Shown here: piece after piece, positions 9,836-21,900 of the stretch
Numbering within the stretch: the stretch's first letter is position 1
Layout: each line of letters starts with the position of its first letter
IMG/VR virus record: IMGVR_UViG_3300031227_000045
Location: 1-58,916 of that record
Source of the DNA: a virus
Lineage: Duplodnaviria; Caudoviricetes
Length of the DNA stretch: 58,916 nucleotides
Direction: 5' to 3' (one strand)
The notes under the pieces: model-generated
Seen by the model: only the letters and a program-made list of their open reading frames with translations
What the model was told of the DNA's origin: nothing
Databases searched by the model: none
Translations under genes and position numbers: made by a program

Positions 9836-12800
9836 TTGCGCACCTTTAATAAATGTCCTTCTTCGTCGAATTCCATGTATCCCATTACAGGAATAAGTTC
9901 GTTACCCTTTTTATGTAATCTACTTACAAAGGAAACTACTTTACCTACCATTTTGTCTGCATCATCGCTTGCTAAAGCATCATATCTACCTTCTGGAGTC
10001 GCAAAACTAAGTCTACCAATTTTGTTACTACCAATTATCTCAACGCTCAAAGTGAAATCATCGGAAAATGCTAATGTATCAACTTCTGTTGTTTCGCCAC
10101 CCCATAATATTGCTTGTGGATATGAATCTTCAGCCTTAACGCTAAGTTTAATAGTACACTCATCTACTGATTCAGCATACAATGAGTTTTCATCAATTTG
10201 TATGGTTGATATATAATTATCAGCAACAGCACTACAACCGGTAGCCGCACCAGACGCACACTCAAAGTGTACCCCGGCTTGTACGGTTACTTCTCCGTCT
10301 CCATCATCGTTACCCATTAAACCAAGACCTAGGTTCATCTTAGTAACCCAGTCAACAGTCGCCATAGCAGCCGGTGCTAAACATGTATCATAAGTACTAA
10401 TTTCCATACCTGCACCTATTTCAACTGTACAACAGTCTTCACCAGTTCTAGCAGTTAAGCCATCTCCAAACTTTAAAAGATTAAATGGTATACCTTCTGT
10501 GGTACCAATACCTACAGCAGAATTTATCCAATCAGTACTATTCATAACTTGGGGAGCATGACCTTCTAACACTCTATAATCACATTTATATGGGTCGTAG
10601 TATACAGTTAGTTTTTCACCAGATTTATAACAGTTATTATGTAATTCTACTACGTCAACTATAGGTGTTGAAATTTCATCACCTTCCTCATCATAAAAAT
10701 CTGGGCTTCTACTAGTATCTACCTTAGCTTTTACAGTTTTACCTGAACATAAATCTTCACACAATTCTACCAATAAACGGCGACGTTCTGGAGGTGAAGT
10801 CCATACACCACGTTGTCTGTCCCAACGTAGGTCTAGTGGACCAACTGGCCAAGTGTGAGGTTTAGACATCCAACCATCTAAAAACTTACCTCGTAAAGCT
10901 GTTGTAGTAAATGTACCATTAGATGCATCTTCTGCATCATCCGCAAAATTTGGCATAGGCTTACCATCTAAATCATAACCCCACTGTTGAATTAAAATTG
11001 GACCTTTCCAGGCAAACACCCTATAGTCATTATGATAATCAGCATGATTAGTACCATCAAATCCAGCCCAGGTTGGCATAGATAAACCATCACTTGGAGG
11101 TGAACTTCCCCTACCAACAATATCAACATCGTGACCTATGGTAGTATCACTAGTAGATTTATCTCGTACAACACTACAACGACTAAAACCATCAGGATTA
11201 GAAAATGGGTTTAAGTAGTCTTGGTGAATTTGATTATAATGTTTATCATCCCCACCATAGTAAGGACCACCTTTGTCAGCGCACTCTGCATCACCCTTAT
11301 GTATAGGTGGAGTTGTTCCCTGTGATTGATAATCATCACAATTTCTTATATAGTTACCATAGCGAGGTAAACTACCACCACCATCCATAGACACAGGACG
11401 AATTAATCCGTCTAATGACATCAATGCAGTTTCATCATACTTATCACGACTGATTGTTACACTAGCATCCACCATACTTTCTGCTGTATTAATAGTACGA
11501 CTTAATGCTACACCATTTTTATCAAGAGGAAGTATTTGACCAACAAATACCTCCATAGGTGTTGCTGGTGCTTGTTTTTTAGCACCGAACACACGTCTTC
11601 TACGGTCGGTTTTTTGACCAGCTCTAACAGACATACGTATTTGCTTCAAAAACAAAGCGGCAAACTGCTTTTGTGTTCTAAGTTTACCACGTCCAACTGC
11701 CTTTAATCTCTCAGCATTATATTGACTAAAGCGTCCAAATTTAGGAGTGAATGTAGAGAAACTATATGATGTATTAGTCCCACCGGTTCCTACAGACACA
11801 CTAATACCAGTTACATTTGGTCCATATAAACCAGTCCATGAACCGCCATAGGAAAAGTAACCCCAGTTATATGTAGTAGAACCATCACTCACATGGTCAC
11901 CAGTATAACTATCACTAGTTGATGCTCTATTTTCTATAAGTTGTGTACCAGCACCAAAGAAACCTCCAGCATAAGCACCTAATTCTGCACCCAATGGAAT
12001 TTCAGGATAACCTGGCACATTAGCGCTACCCTTTTCACCATATTGCATGTTGGTTACACCTTCTGCTGACAAAGCCAGACCAGCAACATTCATAGCAGCA
12101 GAACCCCCATATTCCCAAGGGGTTAAACCAGATTCGTGAACAACTCTAACTTTACCTGCTGGACCAGCGTTACCCCAAGGACCATAAACATGGATATTAC
12201 TCTTAACACCAAATGAAATACCATCTGGGTCATTTACCTTATATGGTAATACTACATTCATGGTAACAACACCAGGAAGACTATGCCAATTAGGAATACT
12301 ACTAGCTAAACCAGCAAGTTTATCTAACAACCAGGTCAATCCTCTAACACCTTCAGGAATTTCATTACCAGCATCTAAGTCTTCAAATGATGGAAATTTA
12401 ATAGCCTGTTCTAAAACAACCACTGCTCTTGGATATAACCTATTTGAGTAATCTCCATAAATCCAGTCATCACCTTCTACAGAACTTTTCATATAAAGAA
12501 CACTGTCATAAACAATATAGTTGTTTTCTGACAGATTAGACCAGTTCATAATTTTATCACCAATGGTCATAGAACAGAAAGAATTATACTTACCATCTTC
12601 ACTTCTAAAGAATTGCATATAAGGACTAGAGGTTGGCAATCCTAATATATCTGATTCATCTGTCCAACCTTCGCTTTGAGGAACCTCAGAATTAGTAACT
12701 AAGGTACTTTCTCCATCAACTTGTGCGCAACTATACGGAACTCTAACGGCATACTTTTTACCATAAAAATCTGTAGCAAAGGTGTGTAACCATTCATAAA

Positions 12801-14385
12801 TCTTATCAATGTCTGTACACATTTTTCCCTCATCATCAGCAGTAGCAGTATCAACAGCGCTCTTACGGGTATTTATAAAATCTCTGGCAGCAACAGAGGC
12901 ACCCTTACCAGCCATAAAAGCAAGGACTCCTTTAAAGTTGTGTACGCCACCATTAAAAGCTGAGATTTGGTCGAATAACGCTTTTCCAATATCGTGTCCT
13001 ACACCAGCTTCTCCTGCATCTTCTTGTTCTGCGGCTAACATCTCATAAGATTCCCACTCATCAAATCCCGCAGCAGCAAACAATAGTTCCTTTTCATTAA
13101 TTGTAACTGTTGAGGGCATAGTTAATACTTGAAGTTGATAATTAAGAGCTTCGGTTTCTATATTAAACTCCCACCAACCATCATCATCTTTACAAGAGAC
13201 GATAAAGTTTTTATTACTATCTAATCCCCAATATGGTAAAACGATATCATCTTGGTCACAATTTGGGTCATTAGAACCAGTATTTTGATATATTGTTTCT
13301 TGATTACCACCAAAGTAGAATGTTGATGTAACTTCATTACGTAGTTCAAAACCTGCTGCACTATCTATTAATCCATCAGATGCAGCACCTTGTAATTTTG
13401 TTGATTCTCCATCAATGAATGAAGCAATGGCACCTACGGTGGGTGCTACAACTCTAGATACAGTACGGAATTTAATGAACTTAGCAACACCCGTGGTTGG
13501 GTCTAGTGTTGCATCTTGAACAGGAAGTAGTTCTACATAGTAGTCATAACCTGATTCTTCACAGAGTTGTGATATAGATTCTAATAAACCAACCGACGGT
13601 CCTTGTAGGCGATAATAACTAGGTGGAATAGGAAGTTCACTAATATCAACATAGTAATGATAACCTGGCATTAAACCATAGCCACCAACTGCTGCTGTAT
13701 TAGCATAGGAATAGCCACGATACTGGACAAGACCGCCACCCCAATTACCACCTATAGTACCACCGAAAGAGTTACACAAAATATTAAAACCTCGTGAAAT
13801 TTGATTCCATGCCATACCATTATTATTACGACCAGAACCACCGTAACCACCGGCTAATGTACCAAAGGTAGCACCAGCGAAAGTTGTTAGAGGACATGCT
13901 ATTCCAAAAGATTCCATAAAACCAAATGGGTTATATAGATTGGTAACTACAGAGGTCGCACCGCTATATTCTCCTACAATTAATTGAACACCTTCTAGAA
14001 TTAATTGAGGGCTAACTATTTTGACTGTATATACAGGACGACCACTTGATGAACTATGTGCTTCATAATCTTGTAGTAAACCACTAAATTCAAAGTCGGC
14101 AACCCTAAAGTACATAGGGGCACCAATCATTTCTTTAGTCCCAATAAAGCCTGGGTCAACAGCAGTTGTAGTTTGAGCGTTTAAGTCTTCGTCCCAATAA
14201 TGTTTTGGAGATGCTACTGGAGCAACACACGGGTCTTCTACAAGCTGTACTGTTACTTCAGAAATTTGTTCGTTCCAACCCACTGAGGCCGAAAACGACA
14301 TAACGCTACAACCCATGAACAATGTATGGTTAAATCCACCGTATATATTACTAGGCGAACAGATATTTTTAACTGGTTGAGTCAT
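9832..14385 (-). CDS. large tail-tip / baseplate hub-like protein (1517 aa)
   Basis: Second gene after the tape measure gene; Gly/aromatic/acidic composition; Cys-rich fibre-like C-terminus. Confidence 0.6.
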   Translation of the reverse strand: MTQPVKNICSPSNIYGGFNHTLFMGCSVMSFSASVGWNEQISEVTVQLVEDPCVAPVASPKHYWDEDLNAQTTTAVDPGFIGTKEMIGAPMYFRVADFEFSGLLQDYEAHSSSSGRPVYTVKIVSPQLILEGVQLIVGEYSGATSVVTNLYNPFGFMESFGIACPLTTFAGATFGTLAGGYGGSGRNNNGMAWNQISRGFNILCNSFGGTIGGNWGGGLVQYRGYSYANTAAVGGYGLMPGYHYYVDISELPIPPSYYRLQGPSVGLLESISQLCEESGYDYYVELLPVQDATLDPTTGVAKFIKFRTVSRVVAPTVGAIASFIDGESTKLQGAASDGLIDSAAGFELRNEVTSTFYFGGNQETIYQNTGSNDPNCDQDDIVLPYWGLDSNKNFIVSCKDDDGWWEFNIETEALNYQLQVLTMPSTVTINEKELLFAAAGFDEWESYEMLAAEQEDAGEAGVGHDIGKALFDQISAFNGGVHNFKGVLAFMAGKGASVAARDFINTRKSAVDTATADDEGKMCTDIDKIYEWLHTFATDFYGKKYAVRVPYSCAQVDGESTLVTNSEVPQSEGWTDESDILGLPTSSPYMQFFRSEDGKYNSFCSMTIGDKIMNWSNLSENNYIVYDSVLYMKSSVEGDDWIYGDYSNRLYPRAVVVLEQAIKFPSFEDLDAGNEIPEGVRGLTWLLDKLAGLASSIPNWHSLPGVVTMNVVLPYKVNDPDGISFGVKSNIHVYGPWGNAGPAGKVRVVHESGLTPWEYGGSAAMNVAGLALSAEGVTNMQYGEKGSANVPGYPEIPLGAELGAYAGGFFGAGTQLIENRASTSDSYTGDHVSDGSTTYNWGYFSYGGSWTGLYGPNVTGISVSVGTGGTNTSYSFSTFTPKFGRFSQYNAERLKAVGRGKLRTQKQFAALFLKQIRMSVRAGQKTDRRRRVFGAKKQAPATPMEVFVGQILPLDKNGVALSRTINTAESMVDASVTISRDKYDETALMSLDGLIRPVSMDGGGSLPRYGNYIRNCDDYQSQGTTPPIHKGDAECADKGGPYYGGDDKHYNQIHQDYLNPFSNPDGFSRCSVVRDKSTSDTTIGHDVDIVGRGSSPPSDGLSMPTWAGFDGTNHADYHNDYRVFAWKGPILIQQWGYDLDGKPMPNFADDAEDASNGTFTTTALRGKFLDGWMSKPHTWPVGPLDLRWDRQRGVWTSPPERRRLLVELCEDLCSGKTVKAKVDTSRSPDFYDEEGDEISTPIVDVVELHNNCYKSGEKLTVYYDPYKCDYRVLEGHAPQVMNSTDWINSAVGIGTTEGIPFNLLKFGDGLTARTGEDCCTVEIGAGMEISTYDTCLAPAAMATVDWVTKMNLGLGLMGNDDGDGEVTVQAGVHFECASGAATGCSAVADNYISTIQIDENSLYAESVDECTIKLSVKAEDSYPQAILWGGETTEVDTLAFSDDFTLSVEIIGSNKIGRLSFATPEGRYDALASDDADKMVGKVVSFVSRLHKKGNELIPVMGYMEFDEEGHLLKVRK

Positions 14386-14397
14386 CCTCTATTTCCT

Positions 14398-15915
14398 TTA
14401 TGTACATGACATTGAAGTTCCGATAGCATCACCGGTACAGATACCCATAGTCCACGATACATTACGAGAATATCTTCCGGTCTTTGGACTCCACGATTCA
14501 CCATCACTGGTTTTAAAAACTTGGTCATAAGCTGCTGTTAAACTATCTTCTACGGTTTTTAGTAAACATTCTACTGTACTAGTTGGGGCGCCTGCAATAG
14601 CTGCGGCAAAATCAGAACACCCCGTCATTGGTGGCATTACTGCTTCAATACTCACATCTTTAGTTGGTGATGTAACGGTATCAATAGATTGTAATACTGG
14701 TCCCTTAGCTCTACCTAGTACTGCTAGGGATGCAAAAATATCAGTAGGATGAGTTTCATTGATTTGTATTAGTTCTGATAAGGCACCAGAAATATAATTA
14801 CATGGTCTATCATCAAATTCCCATGTATATTTTAATGAACCCTGGGCTAAAGTATGAGCTAAACTTTGTAATAATGGAGTGATATGTAGTGACCTAATGG
14901 CGATACCATTACTGGCTTGTACAGCCCTATTGTATAAACGCCCACTAATAGTAGGCCATGCGCTTACAGCCTCTTCATACTTGGTGGTTGAAATAGTAAA
15001 CTCTCCAGGGTCATCACCATAACTACGAGTTTCTAATCCCTGAATACTACCATCTACAGATACACTTGTTAAATCGCTATCTATATTACTTTTGCGCACA
15101 CTGACATTAAAATCTTCAGTTACATTACCAGGCTGACCAGTAACCGTAGTATCTAAGATAAGCCAGTTTTCAGTAACTTGAAAGTTACCCGCAGTTTCAT
15201 CAACGATTTTACTACGCATGTGGTTAAACCTGGAAAAGCCTCCAGTGGTCATATTCAATACACCGTGACTAGCCATCATGGCGTCACCACCGACACCACC
15301 ATACCAACCTAGGCGACCAGTAACCCACTCTTCTGCCTGTTCCCATGCCTCTTTTATTATGCCCCCAGATTGAAAAACATGCTTACCTGTAGCGGAAATA
15401 TTTCTTGATACACGCATAAGAATACTATTAGCATCCGTAGTACCATTTGCACTCCAAGAAAACTTACTAACATTATCTTGAAATTCAACAGTCCATGAGT
15501 CATTAACATTTTTAACATAGGGCGCTATGGAATCACCATCACTATCTGATAGTTGGGTTTCATCCCACTCTAAAGAAATAGTGAAGGTAGATGTTAAGGT
15601 CCAATTGTTACTTGTTGGCGCAAATGATATATTAACTACCCTAGGATATTTATCAATTAATGTATCACTACCACACTTAACCACAAAATGTTGACCATCA
15701 TCATCCATAGCTGCTCTAAGTTCATCTTGTAAAGTAATGATTTGGTCTAATCCACTATCATTTGCTGGTAGCGGTGTTAGAGTACCGGTTAAAGTTGCGC
15801 TAACAGTAGTACCTAACATAGTATCATCACCACGTTTGTCAAACGGTTCTGATAAAGTTAACATTGGTACTGGAGAAAAACTATATGCTCCATATGTCAT
15901 TGTAGTAGCAGACAT
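14398..15915 (-). CDS. distal tail / minor tail protein
   Basis: Immediately downstream of the tape measure gene; Ser/Thr-rich beta composition. Confidence 0.55.
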   Translation of the reverse strand: MSATTMTYGAYSFSPVPMLTLSEPFDKRGDDTMLGTTVSATLTGTLTPLPANDSGLDQIITLQDELRAAMDDDGQHFVVKCGSDTLIDKYPRVVNISFAPTSNNWTLTSTFTISLEWDETQLSDSDGDSIAPYVKNVNDSWTVEFQDNVSKFSWSANGTTDANSILMRVSRNISATGKHVFQSGGIIKEAWEQAEEWVTGRLGWYGGVGGDAMMASHGVLNMTTGGFSRFNHMRSKIVDETAGNFQVTENWLILDTTVTGQPGNVTEDFNVSVRKSNIDSDLTSVSVDGSIQGLETRSYGDDPGEFTISTTKYEEAVSAWPTISGRLYNRAVQASNGIAIRSLHITPLLQSLAHTLAQGSLKYTWEFDDRPCNYISGALSELIQINETHPTDIFASLAVLGRAKGPVLQSIDTVTSPTKDVSIEAVMPPMTGCSDFAAAIAGAPTSTVECLLKTVEDSLTAAYDQVFKTSDGESWSPKTGRYSRNVSWTMGICTGDAIGTSMSCT

Positions 15916-15930
15916 TATTGTTCTTTCTTA

Positions 15931-18900
15931 TTAAGCATTATATGTTGGATTTACCCTTAGTTCAGTAGTAAGTGGGTCTATCCATCCCTTTATCTGATTA
16001 TTAACAACCTCTTCCATCTGTGCTTTAAGACCTCCCTCTAAACCACCTAAACCATTAACATTAACATCAAAGGTATGTCTACATACCATTTCAATCTTGT
16101 CAGGTGTTTGTATACTAGCACCTTGACCTGATTCAGGCCCACCTCTTGCAGCATCTAAGAAATCTTTCTCAAATTGTGCCTGTGGCGTCAAAGGAGGTGG
16201 TGCTTGCTGTAAACCAGGTGGAGCAATTGGGTTTTGAGGCAATATATTTTGTTGAGATGGTCTGCTCACAGGAATATTAGAACCCATCATAACAGCATTT
16301 TGTTCAGCTAATCTTTGTTCAACCTTCTCTAAAACATTAGGTAATCTGTCTAGTTTAAATAATGCCTCAGCTAACTGTGTTTGTGACCTTACTAAATTTC
16401 TAGCTTCATCTTGTTTAATACGAGCAGCATCAACTCCTAAATCCATACCTATACGTCCAGCTTCAGTGCCACCCCATCCCTGAGCGTTTAATCGTTCTTT
16501 TCTTGCTTGTTCAGCAGGATTTTCTCTAATACGAGCTTTTACGTGCTCTGGTAAAGGTCTATCTCTTAAATATTCTTCAACCCCTGCTGGACCACTACCC
16601 AATAATTGAAAATTTCTTTGGGCACCAGCTTGAGCAGCAGTACTCATATTATTACGAGGTATACCCAATCTACTAGCATATCCTGCTGTAGTTGCCATAG
16701 CTTTAAAACTACCAATGACATTATTGATTTCATTTTCTCTACCCGGATGTACCGTACTTGCCATAGGTCTTATTTCTTCCATTCCTTTGACAGCTTGAGC
16801 TTGCTGTTTTTCACTCATACCCTTACCACCAGTTTGTATAAATTTACCAATCAGATTTATCTTTTGTTGAAATTTAGCCCTATCTTTAAAACCGCCAGAC
16901 ATTAAATCTAACATACTCTTATTACCCTCATCTCTTCTCTTGTTTATTTGGGCAATTTCTGACTGTATTGTTGATAACCGTACAGTATCTTTAGACAGGG
17001 TATCCAAGGCCATTCTGTTAGCTTGTAATTGGAAATTTACTCCAGCAAGCTCTCTAATCATTATAGCTTCTTCTTTCCACTTACCTTGTTCTGCAAAATA
17101 CTTACCTGCTGCTGTAAGATTAGTCTTTCTACCCTCTAGGCTTTGCATTTTTCGTTCAATTTCTTGCTGATTTGTAGTTCCACCAGCAATACCACCGGAT
17201 TTTGTTAGCCCTCTCATGCGAGCTACAAAAGGTTCAAGTTGCTGAGTGCTAGAAAGAACTATACCAAATGATTTAGATAATTGATTTTGTTTAGTTATAC
17301 CATCACTTTGTATAGCTGCCATCTTAGCGCGTTGTTTAAGCTCTCGTGTAGCTTCTACTGCATAATCAGTTATAAACTTTTCACGCATACCCATTTCTAC
17401 ATCAACATTCTTAGCTAACATATCCTGGGCAGCCTGTTTGGCCGGTGCTACGACCTTTGACAAATTACCCTGATTAAATATATCCTTAAAATCTACATTA
17501 CCCTTATTAGAGTTTACTTGTTTTTTAATATTGGTAATAACAATATCTAAAATTTCTTTTGGTACACTACCACTAAAGTTGTTAGTAATAGCTTCAATAA
17601 CTAAACCCTCTGGATTTTCACCTGCCAACGGTGGACCTCCTGCCTCTATTTTCGCTAATACTTCACCAATAATTTTTTCAAGACCATCTTGTAATCTTTT
17701 ACCACCCTGAGCAATCTCTACGGCTTGGCTCGTACTACCTCCAGGACCACCCATTCTAGTAATTAAACGTTGTGATGCATCATCATATTGACCAGGAGTA
17801 AAAGCTCGTGGATTAGCAAAAACATTTTGTTGACCCGCTGCGAAATTTCTTACACCCACACCCCCACTACGTTGAGCATTCATTAATCTGATATCTTCTG
17901 TTGCACCACCACCAGCGGCGGCTGCTCTATCCATAATAGCAGACATAGTTTCAAAACGAGTAACAAGTGCATCTAAAACTTTGATATTGGCTTGCATTGC
18001 TGTATCTAGTTTCTTACGTAAGGCTGTTTCCTCCAAAATCTTCCCCATATTTTTTTCACCCTCACCTCTCAAGAATCGACCCAATTTAGTCAACTTACCC
18101 AACTCATCTGTTATTTCCCAAGTACCAAAATCTTTAACAGCTTTAGCAATATTGGCTGTCTTTAGACCTAATGCAGCCAAGGCTTTATCCTTTTTTAACC
18201 CTTCTTCTCCTAGGGTAGTCTCGCCACGTAAACTAAGTGCTTTTTCAACAGCTCCAGTTGAACCAGCTAAATTTTGTTTCAGATTTTCCAGACGAAGTGC
18301 ATTACCAGCATCTTTCCTATTTCTAACATTAGTCTGCAAATCTGCTGCGGCATTTTTTCCCATTGTATTAAAATCTAATCCAGTACCACCAAATTTAGTG
18401 ACAATTTTTTTTGCACCTCTGAACATATCCCCTATATAAGTCAAACCCATTTTATCAGGAAGTGTTTCTGGACTTAACGCAGTAGTTACTACCGCTTGAC
18501 CATAAGTAAATCTATCAATATCTTCTGTACCCTCACCTATCTTTTTACCAAACATCGAACCATACGAAGTCTGACTAGCTTCTGAAACAGCCTTTTCTTG
18601 GGTCTGAATAACCTTACCTAAACCACCAAATGAAGTTTGTAATTCCTCTATACTACCTGTTGCTAAAAGTTTTTCAAAAGCCGCGTTTAATGCCTTCGTA
18701 GTTCTTGCTAATATCATTTCTGCTTTAGATGTAGCCCTAGCAGTTCTAGCTCCTTTAATACCTGTTGCCGCTCCCATAATACCACCGGCTACAGCCCCCA
18801 TTGGACCCAAACCTAACATAGATGCCATACCACCAGTACCAATACCACCACCAAAAGCTTGTGTGATTGAACTTTCTCCCTTTGGGTCAAACTGTGAAGC

Positions 18901-21900
18901 TAGCATTGGTGCGGCAAATGTAGCGACACCACCTATTCTATCAGTAAACTTATTCAGCGCAACGCTAGTACCTGATTTACCTGACAAAAATCTATTTTTT
19001 AGAGCATGTAATTTACTACCCCTACTTGTTTTTTTAGTATATTCTTTTTCTGCCTGTATCGCTGCTTGTCTACCCTTATTTAATGCATCTGTTAAGGCAC
19101 CTTCTTTTTGTACTTTATTAGTAGTATCTTTTAACTTTCGTACAAAAGCGTGCATTCCTGCCTGATAAGCCTTATCGCTTATATTCATCTTACCTAATAC
19201 ATCTCTACCAACGGCTACAGATTTATGTCCCTGAAATGGAAGAGCGGCAGCTTGTTGTTGAGTTTTAGCTCTTAACTCTTGTGGTCCTATTCTGCCTTGT
19301 GTAGGCATCATTATTGCATTTCTAGGAGCGGGTGCAGGGGGTGGCATCTGATGAGGTGGACTAGTACTTGGTACTACACCACGAGAACCAGGTGGCATAA
19401 TAGGAGGCGGACTAGTACTTGATACCCTACCCCCGGGTGGTAAATGAGTACTTGGATGTGGTGGTCTAGTTGAAGCTACCCTTCTAACTGGAGGTGGTGA
19501 AGGTGCCGCTCCTTTATTAGCAGCTTGTCTTCTGTTAAAGTCATCTGTCCATTGTTGTTGACCATAATTTACTGGAACATGATGAATATCGCTAACCGAA
19601 ACAGAACGCGGACGCTCCGCTTTTTGATATCTCTCTACACCCTTTTCTACATCTTTACTCCCCCATCTTTTTGCAAGTTCTTTCTGTCTATTCGCTCTTT
19701 TTGCGTTAGCTAATCGTGCTTGTCTTTGAGCTTCTTTATTAGTAATAGGTTGTGCTCTTTTTGCCTTTTCAGCTTTAATCTTTTCAAGTGCAGCATATAT
19801 AGCATTAGGAGGAAGATTTTGTACAATATTATCTATTCTCTCTCTTCGACCACCATCTGTATATCCCACAAGCCCACCATCATGAAACTTATGAACATTA
19901 TTCAAATCATCCATAAATGATTTACCCAATTTGCCCGCTGGGCCACTACCCATAACATATTCACCCTTAGTCAATAAGGCATTGACACTACCACCAGTAC
20001 TTGCTCTAATAAACTTTGGAGGTTTACCTAGACGTTTTAGTCGAGCATTTGTGACATCTTCGCTTTTAATTCTAATTGCTTTAGCTCTAGCGGATTCCGC
20101 CTTGGGTATATTGCCACCCATTGTTCCACGTTTTTCATTATGAGACTTTTCAAAGTTAAGTTGGTTTTCTATCTTTTTTTGAAATTCACCAGGCTTAGCA
20201 GAGTTCATAGAATATTTAGCATCAATATATTTAATAGACTTAAGCTTATTAAAATATGTGCCAAGTTTACCCTGTGAGGAAAAGAAATTACCGGTAAAGT
20301 CAAAATTACCAGGATTTTCGTCATTAGCCCCAGAGTCAAAAATACCTTGTTGTCCTACAGTTCTTAACATACCTTCAAATAGATGACCCCCTAAAGAATC
20401 AATATCTAATGATTTAATAAGTCCTACATCAGTACCAATTTTAGTAGATAATTCAGTACCGGCAAAAGATTTAGCTGCATCTTTAACACTTGCTACTACA
20501 CCCTTTGAAAAAATTCCATGGGTTGATTCAGCAATACTCTTAGGAATACCAGCTCGTACTAAACGATAGGTTTTATTTTCACCATTTAAATAAGAAACGT
20601 TCTGAGCGCGAGCGGTAACCGTATTATCTGTTGGAGATGGCGGCTTTAACAACGCACCACCAACCATCCTTTCCTTCATAAGCGGTCTATCTATTTTTGG
20701 TCCTATAGCCGCACGTCTCTTAGCACCAGCCTTTACGGGTATATTAGGTTTTGTCTCACCACCTACACCATAACGATTCAATGCCTCTAAATAAGGACGA
20801 CCAACAGCACTAACTGCCTTTTGTTGAATAACATATTCACCCTTACCAAGCTTAGCAGGAACATCATCTCTCATACCGCTACCACTAGATACATAACCAC
20901 CACCCTTAAATCCCTTGGGACTACCAGGAACTTCCGTACCCTTTAAACCAGAAGGAAAACCCCTTCTACTTAAGAACATCTTTGAGATACCAATACCTTT
21001 AACTAAAGCAAACGCAGTAATTAGAGGTAGCAATCCCTTAAAAGCCTCAGCAAACTGTACCAACTGACGAGTGGCCTGAATGATGCCGCTAATTAATACA
21101 CTGAAAGTTTGAGTATTAGAAATTTCACGAACAAGAGCTATAAACTCTTCCTTGACTCTCTTTAACTGAATCTCCCAAGCTTCTTGTGCTGTTAAACTAT
21201 CTCTAGTTAAAGAATTATAACCCTGTTGGGCAACTGCTAAAGCCTTCATACGAGTTTCAGTTTGTTGAATCAAAGGAATAACCTTAGAAATTTGACGGAA
21301 ACCACCAAGCTGTTCAGCGATTTTAGAGAATCTTGACTCTCTAGGGTCTAGACTCTTTAATTCATTACCTAGAATATTGATAGCGTCATAAGCTCCTACA
21401 AATTTGCCTTCTACATCAGTTAAGGTAATACCCATCTTCTCTAGGTTTCTGATAGTAGAACCACGCTGAATACGTGTAAAAACAGTACGTAAACCTGTAG
21501 CAATAGATTCAGCACTTTCACGAGTAGTAGCTCTTACTGACGTAAATGTAGCAATAAACTGTTCGAGAGATTTTTGTCCTTTATCTGATTCTTTAGTAGC
21601 GGCAGCGAATACACCACCAGCACGTCGAATAGCAGCAATAATATCATCGGATTCAACAGCAAATTTACCAGCAACAGCATTAATAGAACTTAAAGATTTT
21701 TCCAAGCCCTCAGTTCCAATTTTAAATTGACGCATAAGAGCGACAGCACCTTCTGCTGTTTTTTCTATACTTGAAAATGTTGGTGCTAAATCAGATTTAG
21801 CTAGAGCCTCTAGGGCTACTTTAGTTTCTGATGCAGACAGACCTGTCTGAGATAGAATGCGAGATACGCCAATCAATTGTGAAGATGAAACACCAAGAGA

